This document shows, in pieces, positions 7,196 to 17,349 of a stretch of 27,719 nucleotides of DNA. The first letter of the stretch is position 1, and each line of letters begins with the position of its first letter. Position numbers and translations under genes: made by a program. The DNA is from Burkholderiales bacterium (GTDB lineage: Bacteria; Pseudomonadota; Gammaproteobacteria; Burkholderiales; Usitatibacteraceae), in NCBI GenBank assembly GCA_026786225.1, contig JAJAYN010000459.1, positions 1-27,719 on the forward strand, read 5' to 3'. The notes beneath the pieces were generated by a model that had not been told where the DNA came from, searched no databases, and saw nothing but the letters and a program-made list of their open reading frames with translations.

Positions 7196-9070
7196 ATGGC
7201 GCTTCATCCAACCTTGGCGGAGATAACCCGCCGCGTGACATTGCGCAGCGAAGGCAGCCGCGCAGGCTATCTCAGGCGTGTAGAGCAGGCACGCGTTGCC
7301 GGCACATCACGTGGCCGCGTGTCCTGCACAAACCTCGCCCACGCGTTCGCCGCAGAGCCAGCCGCCAGTAAATTGGTTCTACGAGAAATTCGCGCACCCA
7401 ACATCGGCATCGTTTCTGCGTATAACGACATGCTGTCAGCGCATCAGCCTTTTGCCCGATTTCCCGAGCTCATCAAGCGTGCCGCACAGGAAGTCGGCGC
7501 GACGGCACAGTTTGCCGGTGGCGTCCCCGCCATGTGCGACGGCGTCACGCAGGGGCAGCCAGGGATGGAGCTCTCGCTGTTTTCGCGCGATGTCATTGCC
7601 ATGTCGACGGCCATCGCGCTTTCCCACGGTGTGTTCGACGCGGTACTGTGTCTTGGCGTCTGCGACAAAATCGTTCCCGGGCTATTGATCGGCGCCCTGC
7701 AGTTCGGTCACCTGCCTGCCGTCTTCGTGCCCGCCGGCCCGATGACAAGCGGCCTCTCCAACGACGACAAGGCCAGGATGCGCCAGCAGTTCGCGGAGGG
7801 CAAGCTGGATCGGGCGGCATTGCTCGAAGCGGAGAGCCGCGCTTATCACGGACCCGGTACGTGTACGTTCTACGGCACCGCCAACAGCAACCAATTCCTC
7901 ATGGAGGTCATGGGCCTGCATTTGCCCGGCGCAGCCTTTGTGACGCCCAACACGCCATTGCGCGACGCCCTGACATCTGCAGCAGCGCGACGCGTTGCAC
8001 AGATCACCCATTTAGGTGACCACTACACGCCGCTTGCCAAAGTATTGAATGAGCGCGCCATCATCAATGCCATTGTCGGTCTGCTGGCAACTGGCGGTTC
8101 GACCAACCACACCATTCACCTGGTCGCGATTGCACGAGCGGCCGGCATCATCATCAACTGGGACGACTTTGACGCGCTGTCTGCGGTTGTGCCGTTGCTC
8201 GCGCGGATCTATCCGAACGGCAGCGCGGATATCAATCATTTTCACGCGGCAGGAGGCGCAGGCTTCGTGATCCGCGAATTGCTATCGGCCGGACTGTTGC
8301 ACGACGATGTGCTCACCGTCACCGGCAAGTCGCTCAGTCACTTTACAGAGGAGCCCACGCTCAATGGTGAAATCGTCACCTGGAGGCCGGCGCCTGTATC
8401 AAGCGGAGACGACAGCGTTCTGCGCACGGCGGCAGCGCCGTTCAGTACCGACGGCGGCATGCGCGTGCTACGCGGCAATCTGGGTCGTTCGGTCATCAAG
8501 GTATCCGCGGTAAAGGCCGCGCATCGGGTGGTCGAGGCACCAGCGCTGGTGTTCGATGACCAGGACGACGTGCTGGCGAGTTTCAAGCGCGGCGAACTCC
8601 AACGCGATTTCGTGGCCGTGGTGCGATTTCAGGGGCCGAGGGCAAACGGCATGCCGGAGCTACATAAGCTCACCCCGGCGCTGGGCTCATTGCAAGATGC
8701 CGGCTTTCATGTGGCGCTCGTCACTGACGGCAGGATGTCCGGTGCGTCGGGCAAAGTGCCAGCAGCAATTCATGTTTCTCCAGAATGCCTCGCCGGTGGG
8801 CCATTGGGCAAGGTTCGCAATGGCGATATCATCCGCCTCGATGCCGATGCGGGCACACTCGAGGTCAAGGTATCGCCAGAAGAGTGGGCACAACGCGTGG
8901 TGTCAACTCCCGACCTTAGCCGGAATCAGTTTGGCATGGGCCGTGAATTGTTCCAGTCGGCGCGCGCCGCTGCGCTGACGGCGGAGGAAGGTGCGAGCAT
9001 ATTTGGCACGATTGACATACACCAATTCGAGAATTCTCCTGAATCCATACTGACCGGTACAACATCATGA
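7196..9070 (+). CDS. edd: 6-phosphogluconate dehydratase
   Basis: [21 protein letters not shown], Fe-S Cys motifs [15 protein letters not shown] and [38 protein letters not shown]. Confidence 0.96.
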   Translation: MALHPTLAEITRRVTLRSEGSRAGYLRRVEQARVAGTSRGRVSCTNLAHAFAAEPAASKLVLREIRAPNIGIVSAYNDMLSAHQPFARFPELIKRAAQEVGATAQFAGGVPAMCDGVTQGQPGMELSLFSRDVIAMSTAIALSHGVFDAVLCLGVCDKIVPGLLIGALQFGHLPAVFVPAGPMTSGLSNDDKARMRQQFAEGKLDRAALLEAESRAYHGPGTCTFYGTANSNQFLMEVMGLHLPGAAFVTPNTPLRDALTSAAARRVAQITHLGDHYTPLAKVLNERAIINAIVGLLATGGSTNHTIHLVAIARAAGIIINWDDFDALSAVVPLLARIYPNGSADINHFHAAGGAGFVIRELLSAGLLHDDVLTVTGKSLSHFTEEPTLNGEIVTWRPAPVSSGDDSVLRTAAAPFSTDGGMRVLRGNLGRSVIKVSAVKAAHRVVEAPALVFDDQDDVLASFKRGELQRDFVAVVRFQGPRANGMPELHKLTPALGSLQDAGFHVALVTDGRMSGASGKVPAAIHVSPECLAGGPLGKVRNGDIIRLDADAGTLEVKVSPEEWAQRVVSTPDLSRNQFGMGRELFQSARAAALTAEEGASIFGTIDIHQFENSPESILTGTTS

Positions 9071-9711
9071 CGACCATCCGTGAAATCATGTTCGCTAGCC
9101 CTATCATGCCGGTCATCGTTCTCGAACGCATCGACGATGCCGTGCCCTTGGCCGAGGCGCTGGTCAGCGGTGGCATCCGCGTGTTGGAAGTCACCATGCG
9201 CACGCCTGTGGCACTCGACTGCGTTCGCGCCATCCGTGCCGCCGTTCCCGACGCCATCGTCGGCGTGGGCACCATCACCAATATCGCGGACCTGAACGCC
9301 GCTCGCGCAGCAGGCGCCGCGTTTGGCGTGAGCCCCGGCACGACCGCAGAGTTGCTTGTACATGCCCATGGGTCCGGCTTTCCTTTTCTGCCTGGCGCGA
9401 TGACGCCATCAGACGTGATGCGCACGCTCGACGCCGGTTTCACCGCGATGAAACTGTTTCCGGCACGCCAGGCTGGCGGCATCGATATGCTCAAGGCACT
9501 CGGCGGCCCCTTTCCGCAAGTCCTGTTCTGTCCGACAGGCGGCATAGACGGTGAATCGGCTGCGACTTACCTCGCACTGCCGAACGTCGCGTGCGTCGGT
9601 GGCTCCTGGTTAGCGCCGGCCACGCTGATTGACAACCAGGACTGGGACGAAATAAGAAGCAGAGCGCATCAGGCGGCGTTACTTGCCAGACACCTCAACA
9701 AGCACAATTGA
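9067..9711 (+). CDS. eda: KDPG/KHG aldolase
   Basis: EVTMRTP, GVGT, VSPG, Schiff-base MKLFPA, FCPTGGI and VGGSWL. ATGA overlap with edd. Confidence 0.95.
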   Translation: MTTIREIMFASPIMPVIVLERIDDAVPLAEALVSGGIRVLEVTMRTPVALDCVRAIRAAVPDAIVGVGTITNIADLNAARAAGAAFGVSPGTTAELLVHAHGSGFPFLPGAMTPSDVMRTLDAGFTAMKLFPARQAGGIDMLKALGGPFPQVLFCPTGGIDGESAATYLALPNVACVGGSWLAPATLIDNQDWDEIRSRAHQAALLARHLNKHN

Positions 9712-9960
9712 TTGGACCTAGCCCGGTTCGGCCAGGCGCGACGCCGCATTGCCGACGAACGTATGCTGCTTGATGTGTTGAAAAACTACTCTGCACTATT
9801 TGTGCGTCGCAATGAAGTCGAAGCCGCATGGCAATGGATCGACGGCATCATCGATAGCTGGCGGACCACAGGCTGAGGTCAAGCCTTACGCTGCCGTAGC
9901 TGGGGGCCAAGCGTTGTGATCGCGATGACCGAGCGCAACGGGCACTCGTTGCACGACTAA
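9712..9960 (+). pseudogene. zwf: C-terminal remnant of glucose-6-phosphate dehydrogenase
   Basis: LDL...RRRIADERMLLDVLKNYSALFVRRNEVEAAWQWIDGIIDSW, then frameshifted pieces KPYAA / SWGPS...ERNGHSLHD*. This is the recognisable G6PD C-terminus; the rest of the gene is absent. Confidence 0.82.
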
Positions 9961-10280
9961 GTTCCAAGTCAGACCTAGAGAGCAATTTCTCTTCTCATTG
10001 ACTGGCGCGGCTTTCCGGACACTTTCGCTCGGAAAGGCGCACCGATCTTGGAGATTCGCTTTCTAGCCTTGTGAAAATCCTGTCGCATCGCCAAAAGGCG
10101 AAATACCGCCCTACAGCCTAGAAACTCGCGCGATTTCAAACATCTAGAGACCTCTTCTACAGCCTCATTAGCCAGCCTTTGCTGCTGACGACAAATTGGC
10201 CCAGCCTGCGGGAAAACATTAACCCACCCCAATACCCCGTAGACGCTGACTCAGCGCATGATTGGGCGGGGGGTATGCCA

Positions 10281-10388
10281 TGGTCGGTCAAAATCGGCAC
10301 GCTGGGTCAAAAACACAGCAGCGCCAACCGCTCGCAGCTGAGCCACCGAAATTCCGTTACATGGGTCAATTTGGCGTCAGCGCCGACA
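10281..10388 (-). mobile_element. Two IS21-family terminal repeat remnants, no transposase
   Basis: Reverse complements read TGTCGGCGCTGACGCCAAATTGACCCA (10388-10362) and GTTGGCGCTGCTGTGTTTTTGACCCAGCGTGCCGATTTTGACCGACCA (10328-10281), the TG...TGACCCA end pattern with internal repeats typical of IS21. Confidence 0.5.
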
Positions 10389-10551
10389 ACCCGACAGTGG
10401 TGGCGAATTCGAACTTCATGAAAAACTTCAGAAAGAGGTCTGCGAATGCTGCACGCTACTGCGCTTTGGAACTGAACGCGCGCCGCTCACAGATTGCCAG
10501 CGGTTGCTTATGGCGCCAAATCGAACGATTTCATTTATTACCAAATTTTTG

Positions 10552-10579
10552 TTGACTTTCCTTTTTTTTGCATTAATAT
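10552..10579 (+). promoter_or_regulatory. Candidate sigma70 promoter of the TonB-receptor operon
   Basis: TTGACT (10552-10557), 16-bp T-rich spacer, TAATAT (10574-10579), in an AT-rich region. GAGGAG precedes ATG 10658. Confidence 0.5.
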
Positions 10580-10580
10580 C

Positions 10581-10609
10581 GCACTAAATCGTTGCACTAA
10601 ATCGTTGCA
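10581..10609 (+). repeat. Tandem 13-bp repeat, candidate LacI-family operator
   Basis: GCACTAAATCGTT occurs twice (10581-10593, 10594-10606) followed by GCA, directly downstream of the candidate -10. Confidence 0.55.
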
Positions 10610-10657
10610 GTAGATTTTACGATAGCCCTAGCCAAAAATTCATCTGAGGAGAACAAA

Positions 10658-13189
10658 ATGTCAGGTACAAAAAAACACGCAGGCGTCGGGCAGCGGCTGA
10701 CCCCAATTGCATCGGCTGTTGCTTTAGTTTTATTCGGCGCGAGTATGGCATCGCAGGCGCAGCAAGCCCCAGCGACTGAGGCCGAAAAGCTTCCGCCGAA
10801 AGCGGTTTCTCCTGCGAGTGAAAAAACCACTCAGAAAGCCACCCTACCTGCGGCGGCTGCACAACCGCAGCTGGAAGTCGTTATCGTTTCCGCGAATCGG
10901 CGTATTGAAAAACTGGAGGATGTGCCACAGTCGATCAGCGTGATCAGCAGCGAGGATATTGAGCGTAATAACGTTCGGGAATTCGAAGACCTCTCCAGAC
11001 TGGCGCCAGCGCTAAGCATCTCAACCGGCACACAAGTAGGCACGAACAGTATCAACATGCGCGGCATCGGCAGCCTATCGAACAATCTCGGTATTGAAGG
11101 CGACGTCGCGGTCATCCTCGATGACTTGCCGTTTGCACAGCCTCAGCAGGCATTCAAGGATTTGCACGACGTTGCTCGAGTTGAAGTGCTGAAAGGGCCA
11201 CAAAGCACGCTGTTTGGCAAGAGCGCCATTGCCGGCGCGGTTGTGGTCACAACTGCCCCCATCGGCAGTGGCCCATTGAGTGGCAAGGTGTCCACGTACT
11301 TGACGAGCGACCATGAATACCGCGTTGGAGCCACGGTCAGCGGCCGTATCTCAGAGCGCGTGGGCGTCCGCGTAGCTGCCAGCAAGTCCGATTTTCGCGG
11401 TTTGCTTCACAATTTGACTAACGACTCCTACACCAATGGCTCAGGCGGTGAGAACATCAACGGCAAGATCGAGTGGAACCTCGCTAACGATCTGGATGTA
11501 TCTCTCGCCGGGTTTTATAGCAACTCCAAGAGCACCGGAAATACATCCGCACTAATTTTTATGGACCCTCGCGTGGGTAGTCTCATCAGGAACAACGCCT
11601 TCCTGACCAATACAATTATTTTCCGGGACATCACGCCGGGCACCAGGAATAGGGACGTTCGCCTCGATGATGAGTCATCCCTTGCGCAAAAGGACTGGGG
11701 TGGAGCTTTGCGTGTCAATTACTTGTTTCCTGCCGGCTCGTTTCTCGCCGAACATAATTTGACCTCAATCACTGGGTATAACGGAAATGACGCTAACGAC
11801 AAGCGTGACAACGACGGCCACGAGGCAGTCATCGCACAGTACATACCACTGACCAACGCTGCCGGCGTCACGGGTACCGCTGCGTCAGGCATTAAGGAAA
11901 CCGCGAAGATCAACGGAACTTCGTATATCAAGACAATCACGCAAGAGGTGCGTCTGACCTCGCCAGACAGCGGAAATTTTCGCTATGTCGCAGGACTTTG
12001 GTACGCTAACACGGCGCTTGATCGCTATTACCTGCGCGGCATCTTCGGCATTAAGCCAACGAATTACACCAACTACGAGACCACGTCCGACAGCACAAAC
12101 GTTGCGATCTACGCCAACTCAACTTGGGAATTCATGCCAAGCCATACGTTAACCCTAGGCGGGCGTTTTAACCAGGAGACGAATGATTATTCGTTCACGA
12201 CCATCAGCGCTTTAGCGTCGACGGCTCCGGCAAATACCCCGTATACGCCCTACTTTGCTTACACAGCGCCAACAAATAAGGAGAGCGCGTTCACCGGAAA
12301 AGCTGCATACGCCTACAAAGTCACGCCCGACGCCATGGTGTACGCGAGCTATGCCACCGGGCGTAAAGGTGTAGCCTACGACATGACCAGCGGCGCCAAT
12401 AACAAAAATGTGTTTAAGTTTTTGCCTTTGGCGGCCGAAACGGCCGAAAACGTTGAACTGGGGTTGAAGGCCAACTTGCTCAACAACCGGGCAACCTTGA
12501 ACGTCGCCTTGTTCAATACGGACTTCAAGAATTACCAAGCTTCTTCCACTCAAACGTTCTCTGATGGCACTTCGGCAAGTGTTCTTTTTGGAATTGGCGG
12601 CGTTCGGACTCGCGGCGGGGAAATCGACTTCAGAGCCTTGATAACCAAAAGTCTGAAGCTGTTTGTAAGCTACGCGTACACCGAGGCGAGAGTAACGGAA
12701 TGGCAGTACGGGGCTTGTTACAGCGGCCGAACGAATTGCACAAACACCCCGCCCAACCCTGGCAACCCGGCTGCTTTGTACATCAACGGTGCCGGGTTCA
12801 TCATGCCCAACGCGCCGCGGCACAAAGGCACTCTCGGCGCCGAATACAGTGATCTATGGGGTCCGCTCAAGTTCACCTACTTTGCCCAGGCTAGCAGTCA
12901 GTCGTTCGTGTACGGCAATCTCGACCAAAATCCGGTGCACTATCGTCCTGGCATCACTCTGTTCGATACCGGCTTTTCCTTAGCCGACAGCAAGAACAAA
13001 TACAAGGTCGGGTTCAGTGTTAAGAATCTGTTCGACAAGCAATACTCGACGGGTGGTCAGGGCGGTGTCGTCGGCACCCTGTTTACGCCAACTGGCGCGG
13101 CTTCATCAGCAAACATTTTGCAACTAGGTTGGAAGCCCGCTCGTGACGCGTTCCGCTTCTACGCAGTGCGTTTTGACATGTCCTTCTGA
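10658..13189 (+). CDS. TonB-dependent receptor, probable alginate-oligosaccharide importer
   Basis: Signal peptide RLTPIASAVALVLF...AQA, TonB box LEVVIVSANRR, plug motif RVEVLKGPQSTLFGK.AIAG, SVKNLFDKQY, C-terminal Phe. The substrate is inferred from context. Confidence 0.88.
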   Translation: MSGTKKHAGVGQRLTPIASAVALVLFGASMASQAQQAPATEAEKLPPKAVSPASEKTTQKATLPAAAAQPQLEVVIVSANRRIEKLEDVPQSISVISSEDIERNNVREFEDLSRLAPALSISTGTQVGTNSINMRGIGSLSNNLGIEGDVAVILDDLPFAQPQQAFKDLHDVARVEVLKGPQSTLFGKSAIAGAVVVTTAPIGSGPLSGKVSTYLTSDHEYRVGATVSGRISERVGVRVAASKSDFRGLLHNLTNDSYTNGSGGENINGKIEWNLANDLDVSLAGFYSNSKSTGNTSALIFMDPRVGSLIRNNAFLTNTIIFRDITPGTRNRDVRLDDESSLAQKDWGGALRVNYLFPAGSFLAEHNLTSITGYNGNDANDKRDNDGHEAVIAQYIPLTNAAGVTGTAASGIKETAKINGTSYIKTITQEVRLTSPDSGNFRYVAGLWYANTALDRYYLRGIFGIKPTNYTNYETTSDSTNVAIYANSTWEFMPSHTLTLGGRFNQETNDYSFTTISALASTAPANTPYTPYFAYTAPTNKESAFTGKAAYAYKVTPDAMVYASYATGRKGVAYDMTSGANNKNVFKFLPLAAETAENVELGLKANLLNNRATLNVALFNTDFKNYQASSTQTFSDGTSASVLFGIGGVRTRGGEIDFRALITKSLKLFVSYAYTEARVTEWQYGACYSGRTNCTNTPPNPGNPAALYINGAGFIMPNAPRHKGTLGAEYSDLWGPLKFTYFAQASSQSFVYGNLDQNPVHYRPGITLFDTGFSLADSKNKYKVGFSVKNLFDKQYSTGGQGGVVGTLFTPTGAASSANILQLGWKPARDAFRFYAVRFDMSF

Positions 13190-13297
13190 TCGCTAATTGG
13201 CAAGTCGAAGTAATGTATTGATAAAGAAATCAGCGCGGCGGTTGCACTTGCTTGGTGTGCTGCGCTGCCATGCCGTTGCACGATATAAAAGGAGACT

Positions 13298-14332
13298 ATG
13301 AGCGAACCAAAAATTCAGGACGTGGCGCGTCTGGCTGGCGTGTCCCCGTCCAGCATTTCGAATTTTCTCAACAACCGGATGGAGCAAATGCGGCCGGCGA
13401 CGCAGCTCAAAATCCAGCAGGCAATTCAGGAGCTCGGCTACCGGCCAAACAATGCGGCTCGACAACTCAAGACCGGGGTTGCGTCGATGGTGGGGTTACT
13501 AGTCCCATCGCTGGCGAACCAGTACTTCGGCGCGCTCGCTTGCGCAGTGGAGATCGCCGCCGCAAAATATCACTGTCATGTCATGACCTTCAGCACCTTC
13601 AGGGATCCTGCGCGCGAGCGCGAAGTGATGGCCGATCTGATGGCGTATAACGTGCAGGGCATCATCACCGGTTCGGCATTGAACGATACCGAAAATCTGG
13701 AAGCTTTGGCGGTACGCTGTCCGGTCGTCGCTTTCGATGTTACGCGATCAAACGAAGAGCACGCGCGCATCAGCACAATTTCAATCGACAATGCCACTGC
13801 GACCTCAATGGCAGTCGAGCATCTCGTACATTTGGGACATCGATCCATCGTGCTGGTCACGCCGCCACCGCTCACGCTCAATCGCCAAGCACGGGCCAAT
13901 GGATTCAGCAAAGCAATTGCGAACGCGGGCATTACCGGCGACTTGGTGATCATCGACCCCACCGATGCACCGATTGACCCACACGGTGATACCCAGCTGT
14001 TTGCGTTGGGCCGTAGCGCGGCCGCCAAAATTATGGCGGCACCTTTTCGGCCAACGGCGGCGATTGCCATCAACGACATGATGGCAATCGGCGTTGGAGT
14101 CGGCATGAAGCATCTCGGCGTACAGATACCCAAAGACTTCTCTTTGATCGGCATCGACGACATTTTCTTCGCGGCGGCACACGATCCGCCGCTGACGACA
14201 CTGAGGCAGCCGATTCAGGCGATGGCAAATGCGGCTGTCACCCGCATTCTGGCACCAACCGGCATACCGGGCGACGAGGTTTTTGCACCCGAATTGATCG
14301 TACGCGGAACGACTGCGGCACCAGGGAAATGA
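13298..14332 (+). CDS. LacI-family transcriptional regulator (position equivalent to AlgO of Sphingomonas sp. A1)
   Basis: KIQDVARLAGVSPSSIS HTH, LGYRPNNAARQL hinge, NDMMAIG, IGIDD and PPLTTLRQP. AAAGGAG ribosome-binding site. Confidence 0.92.
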   Translation: MSEPKIQDVARLAGVSPSSISNFLNNRMEQMRPATQLKIQQAIQELGYRPNNAARQLKTGVASMVGLLVPSLANQYFGALACAVEIAAAKYHCHVMTFSTFRDPAREREVMADLMAYNVQGIITGSALNDTENLEALAVRCPVVAFDVTRSNEEHARISTISIDNATATSMAVEHLVHLGHRSIVLVTPPPLTLNRQARANGFSKAIANAGITGDLVIIDPTDAPIDPHGDTQLFALGRSAAAKIMAAPFRPTAAIAINDMMAIGVGVGMKHLGVQIPKDFSLIGIDDIFFAAAHDPPLTTLRQPIQAMANAAVTRILAPTGIPGDEVFAPELIVRGTTAAPGK

Positions 14333-14363
14333 CAAATCACTTACTTTGAAAAGATACGAAAAA

Positions 14364-15119
14364 ATGGAATTATTGGGAAGAAATGCGCTGGTCATGGGCG
14401 GCGCGTCGGGTATCGGCAAGGCCACTTCACTGGCGTTGGCAAAAGCAGGTTCCAACGTAGCCCTGACGTACTGGACAAGTGACGCTGAGGCGGCTGAAGT
14501 GGTGGCCGAAATCCGCAAGCTCGGTCGACTCGCGTGCGCGATCAAGGCTGATCTGACCAATAGCGAGGTGGCGGAAAAGGTATTTGCGGAGGCCGAAGGT
14601 GCGGTCGGCGATGTGGATACCCTGTTTGCAAATATTGGCGGCCTGATTCAACGCTCCCGTGTGGTCGATATGCCGCTGTCATTGTGGAATGATGCGATGG
14701 CACTTAACCTGACCAGCACTTTCCTGATCTGCCAGGCGGCTCTGAAGCGTATGGAGCCGCGCAAACGGGGCGTCATCGTCACCATGTCCTCGCTTGCCGC
14801 GTTCGACGGCGGTGGTCCAGGTTCCGCGCACTATGCGGCGGCCAAAGCGGCGGTCGCCACTTTCACCCGCGCGCTCGCCAAAGAGGTCGGGCCGCTGGGC
14901 ATCCGCGTCAACGGTGTATCACCAGGGCTGATCGCGACGCGCTTTCACGACCAATTCAATACACTGGCAAATCGCCAGGCCATCGCGGAGCGGACGCCGG
15001 CGCGCCGTGAAGGCTTGCCTGATGATGTCGCAAACGCTGTCGTTTTCCTCGCCTCTGATCGAGCAGCATTTTTGGCCGGCGAAATTCTCCAGGTCAATGG
15101 TGGCCTGGGCATGTTTTGA
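14364..15119 (+). CDS. SDR oxidoreductase, probable 4-deoxy-L-erythro-5-hexoseulose uronate (DEH) reductase
   Basis: GGASGIG, SSLAAFDGGGPGSAHYAAAK (the GGGPG..Y...K signature of A1-R/A1-R'-type DEH reductases as I recall them), VSPG..TRFHD. Located inside the alginate cluster. Confidence 0.75.
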   Translation: MELLGRNALVMGGASGIGKATSLALAKAGSNVALTYWTSDAEAAEVVAEIRKLGRLACAIKADLTNSEVAEKVFAEAEGAVGDVDTLFANIGGLIQRSRVVDMPLSLWNDAMALNLTSTFLICQAALKRMEPRKRGVIVTMSSLAAFDGGGPGSAHYAAAKAAVATFTRALAKEVGPLGIRVNGVSPGLIATRFHDQFNTLANRQAIAERTPARREGLPDDVANAVVFLASDRAAFLAGEILQVNGGLGMF

Positions 15120-15283
15120 TGGGATGCGCAAAACCACTATGGCCAAGAATGACGCGAGGGGTCACGGTTTTTGCATCGCTACGATTGAGCTACCGGCAAA
15201 GACGATGCACCACACAGTGCGCATAACCCGTCGGCATCGAGACACTGGTGCAGCTGTCTTCAATGGCATGTCAAGGAGCCGAA

Positions 15284-16393
15284 ATGGCAGCCAACGTTAG
15301 CTTACGCAACGTCGTCAAGCGATTCGGACAGACTATCGTCGTTAACGACGTCGATCTCGATATTCGCGCTGGAGAATTCCTGGTCTTGGTCGGCCCCTCG
15401 GGCTGCGGGAAGTCCACGACCCTGCGTTTGGTTGCCGGTCTGGAGCAGGTATCGAGCGGCACCATATCCATCGATGGCCGCGAAGTCAACAATCTCGCTC
15501 CGAAGGATCGTGGCGTAGCGATGGTCTTCCAAAACTACGCGCTATACCCGCACCTGAGCGTACGCGACAACATCTCATTTGGTTTGCGCTTGAGCAGCAT
15601 GAAGCGTGCAGATATAGCTGCCGCCGTTGCGCGCGCTGCCGCCATCCTGGAGTTGGAGCCGTTACTCGATAGGCAGCCCGCAGAACTGTCAGGAGGTCAG
15701 CGTCAACGGGTTGCAATGGGTCGCGCCATCGTGCGCAACCCTGCCGTCTTTCTGTTCGATGAGCCGCTGTCGAATCTGGATGCCAAGTTACGCACCCAGA
15801 TGCGAGTGGAGATCAAGCGCTTGCACGCGCGCCTAGGCAATACCGTGATGTACGTGACGCACGATCAGCTTGAGGCCATGACATTGGCTGACCGCATCGT
15901 TGTGATGCGCAATGGCATCATCGAACAAATTGGGTCACCCGAGCAGTTGTTCGATTCGCCAGCATCGGCATTTGTCGCAGCTTTTATTGGCTCTCCTCCA
16001 ATGAACCTGATCCCTTGCACGGTTGAACAGTCTGGTGATGCGACGTCGGTCAGGCTGGGCGCGGACAATCAATTGTGCCTACCCCTTGCTGCACGCGCAG
16101 CATTGATTGGTGCAGGCGAGTTGTTATTTGGTGCGCGCCCCGAAGACATCCATCTCCAGCCGCGCGAGAGCACCCAACCCCTGTCGGGAGTGGTTGAACT
16201 GGTCGAACCCCTGGGTGGCGAATCATTGGTGCATGTACGCATTGGCGGCGAACTGATTGTGGTCCGCGCGGAAGGCCGCCAGCGGGTGCAATCGGATGGG
16301 CCCATAAAACTTCATGTAGACACGGGGCGCATCTATCTGTTCGGCCGCAAAGACGACCGTTGCGTCTATCCGGCACCACAGGTGGTCGCATGA
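15284..16393 (+). CDS. ABC transporter ATP-binding subunit (MalK/AlgS type)
   Basis: Walker A GPSGCGKST, LSGGQRQRVAMGR, FLFDEPLSNLDAKLR and YVTHDQ. AAGGAG ribosome-binding site before ATG 15284. Confidence 0.93.
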   Translation: MAANVSLRNVVKRFGQTIVVNDVDLDIRAGEFLVLVGPSGCGKSTTLRLVAGLEQVSSGTISIDGREVNNLAPKDRGVAMVFQNYALYPHLSVRDNISFGLRLSSMKRADIAAAVARAAAILELEPLLDRQPAELSGGQRQRVAMGRAIVRNPAVFLFDEPLSNLDAKLRTQMRVEIKRLHARLGNTVMYVTHDQLEAMTLADRIVVMRNGIIEQIGSPEQLFDSPASAFVAAFIGSPPMNLIPCTVEQSGDATSVRLGADNQLCLPLAARAALIGAGELLFGARPEDIHLQPRESTQPLSGVVELVEPLGGESLVHVRIGGELIVVRAEGRQRVQSDGPIKLHVDTGRIYLFGRKDDRCVYPAPQVVA

Positions 16394-17328
16394 GCGCGGC
16401 CAGACAATCCTCGATATTGAAGGACAGTAGTCTGCTGCAAGACATACGCCGTGACTGGATGCTTTATGCAATGCTACTTCCCGCCGTAATCTGGTTCGCC
16501 GTGTTCATGTACCAGCCGATGGCAGGATTACAAATTGCATTCAAACAATACAGCGTCTTCAAGGGCATGCAGGGCAGCCCCTGGGTGGGCTTTGACCACT
16601 TCGTTACTTTGTTTCAAAGCGATTTTTTTTGGCGTGCCATCTTAAACACGTTGATGATTAGCTTTTACTCCCTCGTGCTCGCATCGCCAGTGCCTATCAT
16701 CCTCGCGCTGATGATCAACGAGGTGCAGTCCACCGGATTTCGCAAGACGGTGCAAACGGCAGTCTACCTGCCGCACTTCGTTTCATTCGTAATCGTTGCG
16801 GGCATTGTGATCGCCTTGCTTTCGCCGGGTAATGGCCTGGTGAACAACGCCTTGGAGGCATTGGGCTTGGATCGCACCTATTTCCTGACGCGCCCCGAAT
16901 GGTTTCGCACCATTTACATTGGATCGAGTATTTGGAAGGAAGCTGGCTTTGACTCAATCATTTACCTGGCCGCCATCATGGGTATCAATCCGGCTTTGTA
17001 TGAATCGGCGCAAATCGATGGTGCCACCCGTTGGCAAATGATCACGCGCATCACGCTACCAAGCATCTTGCCAACCATCGCCGTATTGTTCGTTATACGC
17101 CTCGGTAATGTCCTCGAAGTGGGCTACGAATACATCATTCTTCTCTACCAGCCAACGACCTACGACACTGCCGATGTCATCAGTACGTATATCTACCGTG
17201 TAGGTATCCAGGGGGCACGCTACGACATTGCGGCGGCGGCCGGCGTGTTCAACGCGGTCGTTGCCTTGATACTGGTTCTGGTCGCCAACAAGCTCAGCCG
17301 GCATTTCACGCGCACGGGTGTTTTTTGA
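16390..17328 (+). CDS. ABC permease (LplB/AlgM1 type)
   Basis: WVGFDHF, YLPHFVS, YLAAIMGINPALYESAQIDGATRWQ (EAA loop), ADVISTYIYR. ATGA overlap with the ATPase gene. Confidence 0.92.
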   Translation: MSAARQSSILKDSSLLQDIRRDWMLYAMLLPAVIWFAVFMYQPMAGLQIAFKQYSVFKGMQGSPWVGFDHFVTLFQSDFFWRAILNTLMISFYSLVLASPVPIILALMINEVQSTGFRKTVQTAVYLPHFVSFVIVAGIVIALLSPGNGLVNNALEALGLDRTYFLTRPEWFRTIYIGSSIWKEAGFDSIIYLAAIMGINPALYESAQIDGATRWQMITRITLPSILPTIAVLFVIRLGNVLEVGYEYIILLYQPTTYDTADVISTYIYRVGIQGARYDIAAAAGVFNAVVALILVLVANKLSRHFTRTGVF

Positions 17329-17349
17329 ATTCGGCAGGGGAGTCTTACC

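Noticed and set aside
10222-10277. GGGGTAT motifs on both strands plus the palindrome CGCTGA-C-TCAGCG, considered as the far-end arm sites of the integrase
   Set aside because: The matches are short, the layout is not symmetric, and no ssrA-derived att core is nearby.
13266-13280. Possible sigma54 promoter (TGCCATG-N3-TTGCA) before the LacI gene
   Set aside because: It lacks the invariant GG at -24 and the spacing is one base short.
13805-14560. 251-aa minus-strand ORF, and similar long antisense or alternate-frame ORFs (3747-4460, 6137-6832, 20204-20881, 25449-26033)
   Set aside because: They lie on well-supported genes in GC-rich DNA and have no family motifs.
15123-15178. Imperfect inverted repeat between the SDR and ABC ATPase genes
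   Set aside because: Mismatched stem, long loop and no T-tract; not a supportable terminator.
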